NCBI GenBank assembly: GCA_048772705.1
Contig: JBLWGC010000202.1
Coordinates: 62,001 to 126,000, forward strand
Length of the DNA stretch: 64,000 bases
Direction of reading: 5' to 3'
Origin: Leidyana gryllorum EB-2025a
Taxonomy: Eukaryota > Protista > Apicomplexa
Part shown: one piece after another, positions 34,258 through 44,700 of the stretch
Layout: every line of letters begins with the position of its first letter
How positions within the stretch are numbered: position 1 is the first letter of the stretch
Made by a program: the position numbers and the translations under genes
The notes under the pieces: model-generated
What the model saw: only the letters and a program-made list of their open reading frames with translations
The model's database searches: none
Told to the model about the DNA's origin: nothing

Positions 34258-34347
34258 TGAGCTATTGATGAAAGATTATTGAGCAGATGCCACTTCCAAT
34301 ACCTGCTGCTTGCCATCTCTCTTGAGTCGATACCCAAATAAATTTAC

Positions 34348-35573
34348 ATGCCGGACCCACCTTGCCGAACCCTCTTCCTCTGTCGTTTGGACCCGGGTAC
34401 AACCCCTCAAGAGGTCAGAGAGGCTGCTGCCACCTTTGGAGATGTCAGGAAAGTCAGCGTGCTCCCTGGCAAAATGATTGGGTTCGTGGAGTTTTGGGAT
34501 ATTCGACATGCTGAGGCCGCACAGGCCAAGTTCAGAAGCGTCACTATCCGCAACCGGCCGGTAAGAGCGAGTTGTGACTCACTGAGAAGTGTCTTTGTCA
34601 CAACAGGTCGACGCGTACTTTGCTCGGCAAAAGGAAGACGTGCGCGACCCCGTGTTGGCCCTGATATATGTGCGTGTGTGCACGAGAGACGGGTTACCTG
34701 CCAAGCTGGGGACAGCCGATATCGCTCGCTTGTTAGCGCCCGCCGGTGACGTATTGGGAGTTCAAGTGAAAGGAGAACAGTAAGCGATTGGATTTGATTG
34801 TGAGCCGTCTGTATCTGGTGCGTCTTCTCTCTCTCTTTAGTGAATGGCTGGTTGAGTTTTGCGACTCGCGGTCCAGCGAGAAGGCGTTCAAGATGTTCCA
34901 CGACAGAGAAGTGATGGGGTATTGGTTCACTCTGACGGCCCGTAGTGGGGAAATTGTCCCGCCGGCCGCGTTGATGAGAGAGAATGCCAATGGCCCGTAT
35001 GCCCGTGGACAGAAGGGGGCGCGAGGCGGGTGCGGGGGAGGGTCTGGAGTTGGAGGGACGCCTCGGGGCAGCAGCAACTGGCGGACTCGCGGCGGGCCGC
35101 AGTCCGCGAGCAGTCTCGGATTGGGGATCGTGAACGGCAATCCTCTATCTGCGGCGTCTAATAATGCTCAAAGTTCACCGCTGGCAACGTCTCCATGGGC
35201 GCGGCTCGCAGTTCAAGCCGCCGCGAGACGAGGACCTCTGACAGCGGGAGAGGAGTCGTCCCCGGAGAGAGCGACTAAACGGTTCAGTCCGATAAGTTTC
35301 ACACCGGTGAGTGGGACACAGATTCTGTTGGTTTGTTGACATTGTTTTGATTCAATCGCGCAGCCATACTGGATCAAAGCATTAGACCAGGGGAATTTAT
35401 CAACTACCGGCGGGGACAGTTCAATGGCGGATCATCGATCGGATTCATCACTTTCCTCTGTTGAAGTAGATCTGCTGCTTGACCTTCCTGCATCATCGGC
35501 AACCGTACTTCCTCCTCCAGAAGAAGAAGTAACGTCGACGGGCTTATCATCTACTCATACCAGGGGGGGGTGA
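34348..35573 (+). CDS. Two-RRM RNA-binding protein (Mei2-like RRM1/RRM2 pair), 4 exons
   Basis: PCRTLFLCRL...IGFVEFWDIRHAEAA; second RRM WLVEFCDSRSSEKAF; low-complexity C-terminus. Confidence 0.75.
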
Positions 35574-36983
35574 ACTTTCCTTGTGCCGTAGACGCTTCGC
35601 GCGACGCTCCTCTGTTGTCAGCGCAGAATCTTCTCTATTGTGCTTCCAGTGGCGCACCGCTAAAGGCACACTGTCAACAGGGGTACTCCACAGGCTCGGA
35701 ACCATTACAGTCCCCTCCCACCCGAGACGCAGTGCCCGAGCTCCAACGTCTACCCAAACAAATGTGTCGCCCAGCTCTGCGATACTACAGGGCACCGCGG
35801 GTAGGGACTGCTCACGGCGCACCTCCAGTGTCCGCGGCCGACCATCCTTCCCAGCCCCCGCTACCAACACTGATGTGGAACCACAAATAGGAATCAGTAC
35901 ATCTCCGGCTTTGGTAGTAACAACACTCAGAGGAACACCCCCACCGGGTGTCTCCACAGTTGCCAACAGCTTTGCCTCCGGCACTCCAAACAACCTCACA
36001 GTTCTATCTGCCCCCACGGAAACCAATTCCACGTCTCCAAACTTGGCTACGTCAATAATGTATTCGCTATGTCCACACAGAATAGCCTCAACAATCCACA
36101 ACTCCGGATATCGTGAGATGCGAATCTTCTCATCCCGATCACTCGTCGCCACCAAAGGGACCAACTTGCCGTCTCTCTTTCTAGCGTAATGCAATACCTT
36201 CATCTGAGTAATCGAAGCTAAATGTCCGTTCAATGCCGTCTTTAAAGCTTCGTCCTGCTCCTCTGGGCTCTCTCGGTGAACCCATTGACGACCAGCAGTC
36301 CCACCCGCCGTCTCCTCAGCACCAGCCGTCTCCTCAGCACCAGCCGTCTCCTCATCGTCTTTGATTGGGTTGCCCAGGGTGCCGCCGGTGAGGAGGACGG
36401 AGTCGTCCTTCTCCGCTTTGGGGTCTCCATCCGCTGTTTCCTTCTCCATCATCTCTTTGGCTTCGGGTAGGGCCAGGATTCCGGCATGCAGTTTGGCAAA
36501 GGCTTTGTCGGCTGGGTTCCGTTTCATATGAGAGGCGACCATTTTGATGGTGGCGATACTCATCTCTTCCAACTGAGCGAATGTGGCAGTGAAGACATCA
36601 CCGAATTTGTCTGCAATCAGAACTGGCGTCTCGAGCCCCTCGCTGGCTCGATCAGGCAGAGACACAGCTGTCACTCGGCGTTTGAGATGAAAGGTGCGAT
36701 CGTAAACAACCTCCTTGGGACTTTTGATATTGAGAATGTGGAGCTGTTTCTGATCCGTCATAGCCAACCAGTACTTGTCGGAGGCCGCCAAGCTGACGTA
36801 CTTGTCATCTTCTGATTCCCGAACCTCTCTATATATCACCTCATAGGTCTCTGTGTGGAGGATGACCAGTTCTCTCCCCCAAGCAACGGCCAGCTGGGGA
36901 AGGCTATGGTGGGGTACCAGCGGCACCACAGGGTGGTTAGGCTTAGTCAAATCGGAGCCAAAGAGGTCTGCGGGTTCAGGCAT
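35547..36983 (-). CDS. TRM82: tRNA m7G46 methyltransferase non-catalytic WD40 subunit (TRM82/WDR4)
   Basis: LIADKFGDV, GHLASIT, TSDRDEKIRISRYP...LCGHSEYI. Confidence 0.88.
   Translation of the reverse strand: MPEPADLFGSDLTKPNHPVVPLVPHHSLPQLAVAWGRELVILHTETYEVIYREVRESEDDKYVSLAASDKYWLAMTDQKQLHILNIKSPKEVVYDRTFHLKRRVTAVSLPDRASEGLETPVLIADKFGDVFTATFAQLEEMSIATIKMVASHMKRNPADKAFAKLHAGILALPEAKEMMEKETADGDPKAEKDDSVLLTGGTLGNPIKDDEETAGAEETAGAEETAGGTAGRQWVHRESPEEQDEALKTALNGHLASITQMKVLHYARKRDGKLVPLVATSDRDEKIRISRYPELWIVEAILCGHSEYIIDVAKFGDVELVSVGADRTVRLFGVPEAKLLATVETPGGGVPLSVVTTKAGDVLIPICGSTSVLVAGAGKDGRPRTLEVRREQSLPAVPCSIAELGDTFVWVDVGARALRLGWEGTVMVPSLWSTPVDSVPLAVRHWKHNREDSALTTEERRAKRLRHKESSPPPGMSR
36307..36354. 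repeat. 18-bp coding tandem repeat x2.7 (EETAGA) in TRM82
   Basis: GCCGTCTCCTCAGCACCA repeated. Confidence 0.85.
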
Positions 36984-36998
36984 GACTCAAATTTTTCG

Positions 36999-39008
36999 AT
37001 GGGGGAATCGAAGCGGAGGAGAAAGGTTGCTATCGAACGTGTGGAGGAAGCAGCCGCTGCCAAACCGGCCAAATTGGATTGGGAGATAGTCGCATATGGC
37101 GACTCAGTTCCGACCTTTGAGGAACTGCAAAACGAAGGTCACTGGACGTTGAACCCGAGTTTAATAGCTGGGCTCCCGAGGGCGGGCTACGTGAACCCAA
37201 CTGAGCTCCAGCGGGCTGCCATCCCTCTAATATTGGCCGGAGGTGATTGTTTGATCAATGCCCCGACGGGAACGGGAAAGACATTAACTTTCGGACTCCC
37301 TCTGCTGTCTCTGGTAGCTGACGAGGCGAGTTCGAGTCAGAGACATTCAGAATGGAGAGAAAGTATACGGGCCCTCATTGTGGTACCCAGCAAAGAGCTC
37401 GTTACCCAAGTCACTGAAGTATTAACCAAAGTTTGTTTCCATTGTCACGATCTAATCTCCATCTTCCCGTTCGCTGAATGTCCCAGCCGTCTCAAAGATA
37501 TTCGAGTCCCCGCCAAACATCCCAATATTTGGGTCACCCAACCCGCCGCTCTCCTCAAGATGTGCCGTCTCCTCTTCGCCTCAATGAAGAAGAAGTCCCG
37601 AGCTATCACTTTCTTCCCAAATCTCAAACACGTTGTCATTGACGAGGCCGATCTCGTCATGTCCACTTACGGTTTCCACGAGGAAACCTCAGAGCTCTTC
37701 CGTCCGACTCCGGAAAAATGGGGTGGTGCTTCCGTGTCTATCATCCCGATGGGTGTCTCGCTGGAGCTGCGAGCCCAAGTCATTCTGGCTTCAGCCACAC
37801 TAAACGAGGAGGTGAGTGCTAAAATGATTCGATCTCAAAGCGTTCCTCCCTCTCTCCACAGCTCGCTGCCCTCAAAACGTTGGCTGTCCATAAACCCTCC
37901 ATTATGTGTCTCTCGAGCGAAGACGAGCCCGAGCGTCACCCTCTGCTGTCTGAAGGAGCTGTTCGACAGCTCTTCCACGTCAGAGTAGCCAGAGACTCCG
38001 GGTCCGGCCGTGCGCTCATTGAGCACAAACACTTTGTGGTCGACCGCAAGGGCCACGAAGATTATCTGTCTCTCTTCTGTCTGCTCCATTTGGGTTGGTG
38101 CGCTCGTAAGACACTCATCTTCACCAACACGACTGAACAGTGAGTGTGACCGATGGAGCGAGAGACATTTCTTCCTCTTTTCTGTGCAGAGCCTATAAAG
38201 TATACATATTTCTCCGACACTTCGGCATAAGTTGTGGTATCGTGGCGCCGACGCAGCCGTTACAGAGACGTTTGAAGACACTAACTGAGTTCAACCAGAG
38301 TATTTGTGACGTTCTTGTGGGGTGCGACTCAGCGTTCGACAGCGCCGAGGCAGACGCGACGGCTGACATTGGTCCGGGAGTGCGTTTCGGCGACAAAAAG
38401 GGCTCCCGGAAGCGGAAGCACGCTGATGGATCTTCGAGTGTGTCTCGTGGATTGGACTTCAAGGGGGTGTCATCAGTGATTCTTTTCGAGCCCGCAAATG
38501 GCAGCGATCAGTATACCCATAGGGTAGGAAGGGCAGCGAGAGGGTTCAAAAGAGCAAATATCACCGGTTTGGCTATTTCTCTTGTGACCGAGGCTGAAAA
38601 GGAAAATCTGCAAACGGTAAGTGTTTGAGCTTTGAGTGTGATGATTGATCGGTTAGACATTCGACGAGAATGAGAGCGAAGAGGTCGAGGCCTCAAACTT
38701 GGCGGCTTTCCGTGCGTATTCTTATCGCGTTGTCGATGTGGTGCGAGGACTGACCCCCAAGGCGGTTCGCGAGGTACAAACAAAGGAGCTGGCGGAGGGT
38801 TTCATGAAATCCAAGGACACTATTGGGCTATCTGCGCCGGAAGAGTCGCTGTTGCAAGTGGTGACGGGTGGCAAGAAGAAGGTGAGTTCCGAGTTCTCTC
38901 TTATATATGTGTGACTTCTAATTACAGTTCACCGGGCCCGAGGCTAAGAAACACCTGAAAATGGTGCCCAAGTATCTCCAGGATCATACTCGAAACGTTG
39001 TTAAATAA
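36999..39008 (+). CDS. DBP9: DEAD-box RNA helicase DBP9/DDX56, multi-exon
   Basis: PTELQRAAIP, APTGTGKT, VPSKEL, DEADL, SATL, SRGLDFKGV, YTHRVGRAAR, and a DBP9-like tail YSYRVVDVVRGLTPKAVRE. Confidence 0.85.
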
Positions 39009-39028
39009 AAATTTCGTGCCGTCCGTCA

Positions 39029-40280
39029 ATGATTCTTGACTTGGAAGTACCCATATTTGACATTGCCTTCCACAGGTCTTATGACCTTTTCGGAGTCGCA
39101 GCCATAGATGGCCGTGCCCTCCTGTAAGGCTCACAAATTGAAATGAAATGAACACTCTTCTCCAAATACAGCTACAATTATGATGAGGAACTGAACCTCA
39201 GCGGGTCGCAGGCATTCGAGCTGGGGCAGGGAGCCGTACATCAGATCGCTTTCAACTCTAACAAATGTAGGTCTCGGCCACGATCGATTACCCACTGATT
39301 TTCGTCGTAATAGATCTCGCTATGGCCTTCAATTACGGCCAACACGCAGTGGTCGAGCTCGAAACTCGCAACGTCATAATGAAACAAAAGGACGGGTACG
39401 CACGCGGCGGCAAGCCTCAAACTGCACTGCAAACGTCTGTCTCCTTGCAGAGCTGAAGCCGTACGGTCTCTCTGTTGGCTGAAGCCGGACGTATTAGCGT
39501 CCGGAGACGACGACGGGTCCATCCGGATATGGGACACGCGACAAGCCTCACCTCTCATCGCCACTTGGGACGACTGTGACGACCAGATACATCGTAAGTA
39601 TTTCAAGTGGTTTTCGGCGAAGCGAATTCTTCAACACAGAGCTCTCACTCGACAACACGGGAGATATCCTTCTGGCGGCTGCGGGCGACAAGTTGGCAGT
39701 CTTCGATCTGCGAAAGCCGGGCGCTACGAAGCTGAAGGCTATGAGTGATGAATTGGAAGATGACATTATGTGTTTCGACTTGGTGCGGAATGGCACCCGC
39801 ATAGTGTCGGGCCATCAGACGGGACCGTTGGGTATCTGGGCGGTCGGTGATTATGGAGACATCAAAGAGAGAATTGTGGGTATCACTTGCGAAGTTGAGG
39901 CCATCAAGAGTCTCGACCCCAGCTTGGTGGTCGCGGGGGGCGGAGACGGTAATCTGTATGGTGAGCGACGTCTGCCACGATGGCCACGTTTGATTCGTTG
40001 TTTTGCAGCCGTTTCTGTGTTCCCACATCGCGTGTTGGGGGTGATAGGGAAGCATACTGAGATTGATCGCGACCCGGAAGGAGAAGGGGGTATTCAGACC
40101 TGTGCAATTGACAATATAGAGGTAGAGAGAAACGGGCGTATTATTGCGACGTCAAGTGTGGAGTCAACGAGAATTATATTCCACGATCCAAAGTTAGCAG
40201 TGGAGATGCTGAAACAAGCGGAAGCTGGTGAAAGGACTAATTTGGCTCCTCCGAGGAGTGACTTCTTTGAGGACTTGTGA
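39029..40280 (+). CDS. WDR55: WD40 protein WDR55/JIP5-like, multi-exon
   Basis: IFDIAFHRSYDLFGVAAIDG, LASGDDDGSIRIWDTR, EELEDDIMC-like acidic motif (DELEDDIMC), C-terminal SDFFEDL. Confidence 0.72.
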
Positions 40281-40319
40281 TAGTCAGCCAGTCAGTCACA
40301 AACTTTTTATAGTCGTCGT

Positions 40320-41561
40320 ATGGGGAAAGTCACCAACCTGTTTGGATGCCTCGTGTTACGCGATGGGGAGCTCGTTCATGATGACCTATGGATTCGGAAC
40401 GGCAAAATAATTGACCCCGAAACAGTCGACCACGATGCTGACTTATTCATTGATTGCCGAGGGTGCATAGTATCACCTGGTTTTATAGATCTGAAACTGA
40501 ATGGAGCATTCGGAATAGACTTCCAAGATCGAGCCGACGATATCGAACAGGCTATCGATGCTGTCGCTGCACAACTGCCGAGTACTGGCGTCACTAACTT
40601 TTGCCCCACTCTCATCACAACCTCTCCCTCGATCTACAAGAAGGTGCTTCCGAGGGTTGAGGCGCGGGAACCCGACTTCCACAAAGGGGCTGGTGTCATA
40701 GGACTCCATCTCGATGGCCCATTCATCACAGTGGAGGGAGCGCATCCATCAGATTCGGTTCGACGTGAACGACTCAGCATGGACGAACTCCAAAAAGTAT
40801 ACGGTTCAGATCTCGAGAAAGTTGCCATCGTCACCCTGGCGCCCGAGATCCCCGGAGCTTTGGACGTTATCCCAGAATTGGTGCGGTGGGGTATCCATGT
40901 GTCTCTCGGCCACTCTCGAGCCGATCTCGAAGTCGGAGAACAGGCAGTCGCACTCGGCGCCTCAATGATTAGCCATCTGTTCAATGCAATGCCCAATCTT
41001 CACCATCGAGACCCCTCACTGGTTGGGTTGGTGGCATCTCGAAATGTCAAGAGACCGCTTAGATTCGGTTTGATCTCTGACGGTCACCATATTCACCCAG
41101 CAGCTTTGAGAATGGCCTACAGAATGAGCCCGGAGAATCTGATGCTCGTGTCAGATGGCCAAGCCCCTCTTGGCAAAAATGATGGAGAGTATTCCGTTCA
41201 CGGCCGTCAAGTCGTCGTCTCAGAGCAAAATGGGAGTCCAATCTGTACTTTGAAAGGGTCTTCCAAACTGTTTGGTTCAGTTTGTCCTCTGAATCTGGCT
41301 GTACGTAGATTCATAGAGTTGGCTGACTGTCCGCTGGGCTACGCACTCGAGGCTGTCACGAAACGCCCAGCAGAGGCCATGGGACTGTACCCGTCGAAAG
41401 GGTCATTGTTACCCCATGCAGATGCAGACTTTACCATTATCGACCCCGAGAGTTTCAGTATCATGGCTACGTTCATTGACGGACACAAAGTCTATGATGC
41501 CGGGGAGATTCGAGATCTTGAGCAAATTCTGCTTCATGCACCCCGCTCGCCGAACGAGTAA
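40320..41561 (+). CDS. nagA: N-acetylglucosamine-6-phosphate deacetylase (NagA/AMDHD2)
   Basis: PGFIDL.LNG.FGIDF, GVTNFCPTLITT, GLHLDGPF, VTLAPE, SLGHS, SHLFNAM, DGHHIHP, LVSD; intronless. Confidence 0.92.
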   Translation: MGKVTNLFGCLVLRDGELVHDDLWIRNGKIIDPETVDHDADLFIDCRGCIVSPGFIDLKLNGAFGIDFQDRADDIEQAIDAVAAQLPSTGVTNFCPTLITTSPSIYKKVLPRVEAREPDFHKGAGVIGLHLDGPFITVEGAHPSDSVRRERLSMDELQKVYGSDLEKVAIVTLAPEIPGALDVIPELVRWGIHVSLGHSRADLEVGEQAVALGASMISHLFNAMPNLHHRDPSLVGLVASRNVKRPLRFGLISDGHHIHPAALRMAYRMSPENLMLVSDGQAPLGKNDGEYSVHGRQVVVSEQNGSPICTLKGSSKLFGSVCPLNLAVRRFIELADCPLGYALEAVTKRPAEAMGLYPSKGSLLPHADADFTIIDPESFSIMATFIDGHKVYDAGEIRDLEQILLHAPRSPNE

Positions 41562-41701
41562 GTGTTATAAAGCGGGCTGTAAGGTTTGATCTGTTCGTTG
41601 CAGAGACACTGGGATGGAGGAGAAAGGGTCCACCAGAGTCAAGAGGAGGAAGAGCGTGCAGTCCTAGTTGAAAATTTTGTACGCGTTTTTGACACCGTGC
41701 G

Positions 41702-44700
41702 ATGGCCTTTGACGCGAATGGAGTGATATGCGTGGACATTTCCAAGGCTTGTTTCTCCTTGATATCTGCCGATGACATGAAACACATATCAGTATGCAGA
41801 GTTTACTCTGCGGTTGCATTCGACGGCGAGCAGCCACGTCCGGGCGGGGTTCATGACCTGCGTATGGGTCCGTTAGAAGACCGCAGGGACGCAGATCCAT
41901 GTGCAACGTGCGGGGGAAGGGAAGATTGTCCGGGGCACTTGGGACGAATCGAACTGTATCTCCCTGCGTTTCACCCATTATTCATCGGTGACCTCATAAA
42001 GTTATTAAAAGCCTGTTGCCTCAAGTGCGGGAAGTTTAAGACGGACTCTGGCAATGCCACCAAGAACCTCAAGGCCTTCCAGATGATCCAAATGGGTCAA
42101 CTCGGCCTCTTGGCGGAGTTTGAGAAGGCCTACGAAGCGATCAAAGCAAAACGGAGAGGCCCTCGACGGCCTGGCAGCGGTGGCGGAGACGGCGGCGATC
42201 AGATCAATACCGCTGAGCTCCGCGGGATCCTCAAACGGTTCAGAGAGGCGGAGATGAGAATGCGAAAAGAGGACCCCGAGAGATTGAAGGACCTCCGTCA
42301 AGACATTTCCGCTGAAGCCACGACGATAGAAATGTGGAGATACTACAGGAATAAGTTGTTGGATGAGGCCGCCTCTGCGGTGTGTACCTCATGCGGCAAC
42401 AACTTTCAACGACGCACCATTCGGAAGGGGAAACACGACAGCTGCATCGAGATCACTTGGCCCTACGCCAGTGACATGGCTGTCACTCGAGCGACTCTCC
42501 TGAAGACTCTGGACGCCCGAGAGGAGGAGGAAATGACTGGCGAGAAAATGTTGGGGACCATTCGAGATGCTCAGATAGGTCTGGGTGTTGACGACGAGAC
42601 GATAAAAAAGGACAGCAGGATGCTCGGGCGTCGAGGTGCTGATCTGGGCTCAACCAGTTTGAGCGCATATCAAGTTGTGCCGATCCTGCGACGAGTCTTC
42701 GACAGCCCCGAGAGACCTTTGTTAGACTTTCTCTTCCCTGAGGCGGCCACTCACGGCCATAAGTTCTTTTTCCTGGAAGTCATTCCTGTCAGTTCTAACA
42801 AGTTCCGGCCTCGTAACAAATCGGACGGCTTTGGGGGCGGCGGCGGTGGTGGCGGAAAAGGCGGCGACAGCGGTGGAATCCTTCACCCGCGAACCAATGC
42901 TTTGATTGACATTATAAATGACAACGCCAAAGTTGGGTTCTCGCTCACCGCTTTGCGGTACACCGACCCGTCCAAGGCGCTGGAAGATCAGGCGAGACGG
43001 TTGGAGGACGAAGTCAAAAGCCAAGGGTCCAACGTTCGGGACGGCGCTTTGCAGAGTGTGGTTCCGGTAAGATTTCCATTCATAAACTGCCAATTCCTCC
43101 TCTGTAAACTGCAGACCAATGTCGCATGGCGAGATTCCGATCGGTTGACCACAGCCTTGAATGAGCACAAAGGAAATTATGTACAGCTTCACAATTATTG
43201 TCGGGATTTGCAGCTAAAAATCAATGCGTACATTGACTCCACCAAGAGTGGTGTCAGGAACCCTCCACCTGCGATCCGTCAATGGCTCGAGAAGAAGTCA
43301 GGAGCAATCCGTCAGAAGATGATGGGAAAGCGTGTGAACAACGCCGCGCGCACCACACTCGCTCCAGACGCGATGATTAACACCAATGAAATTGGAATCC
43401 CGATGCCATTCGCGATGAAACTCACCATTCAGGAATTCGTAAGCGATATACCTGAGCATTCCATCATCACCACTTTTTATAGGCGGTACCTCACAATGTC
43501 GAGCTGTTGTGTCGACTCATCATGAACGGTCCCAAGACGTATCCGGGATGCAATATGATTGTGGACCCCAATGGACGTCGTATGGATCTGTTACGACGAG
43601 ATCTCGATGACTATCGGAAAAAGTTGCTGTGCAAACAGATCCGCAATCACGTTGCCCAACAAGTGGCGGATGGGGGTCTGCACAACACCAAGATGAATAA
43701 GCCCTATATTGTGTTTCGGCATCTTCGAGACGGCGATGTGGTGGTGATGAACCGTCAGCCGTCGCTACACAGAGCGTCTATGATGGCTCATTTCATCCGA
43801 GTGCTGACCGGTCAAAAGACGTTCAGGATGAACTACGCGAATTGTGGGTCCTACAATGCCGACTTTGACGGCGATGAGATGAATATGCATTTGCCGCAAG
43901 ATCATTCGGCTCGAGCGGAAGCAGCTTTCGTCATCAACTCGGATTGTAACTATACCGTTGTCAAATCGGGAGAGCCCCTTCGAGGCCTAATTCAAGATCA
44001 CGTCTTGGGAGGAAACTTCTTGACAGTCCGCGGCACCTTCTTGACGCGAGATCAGTACTGCAATCTGATCTATGTGGGAGTCGCTGCCTTCATTGACAAA
44101 GGCGAACGTCTCGACGTTGATCACGGCAACCTGGTGGTACCCGAATTCTCGGCGGGAGATCCCTTCGCACGCGCGCTTGGAGCTTCCAATATCCGTGTTG
44201 TCACTGACCCACCCGCAATCTGGAAGCCCGAACCGCTCTGGACTGGGAAACAAGTCATCACTGCTGTGATGAAGACTCTCATCGACAGTATTGCGAGACA
44301 CCAGTTCGGACGGAATGCCGATGGGACAGTGAATGAGGACTTTGTGAGAGATTACAAAGGGATCAATCTGACCTCAAAGTCTAAGACGCCGGGCAACGCA
44401 TGGAATGGGGTGCTCGACAAAGATACAGAGGAGGCCAAAGTTGTTATTCGTCATTCGGAACTTCTGCAAGGCGTTTTGGACAAAGCCCAATTCGGTGCCA
44501 GCAGCTACGGACTTGTTCATCTCTGCTATGAGCTGATGGGTCCACGTGTTGCGGGCACGTTACTCTCCGTATTCAGCCGTATTTTCACCAACTATCTCCA
44601 GCAACGAGGTTTCAGTTGCAGTTCTGGCGATTTCCAAATGACGAGTGCCGGAGAGAAGACGCGGTCGGACCTCATTATGCGCATCACCGCCGCTGGTACT

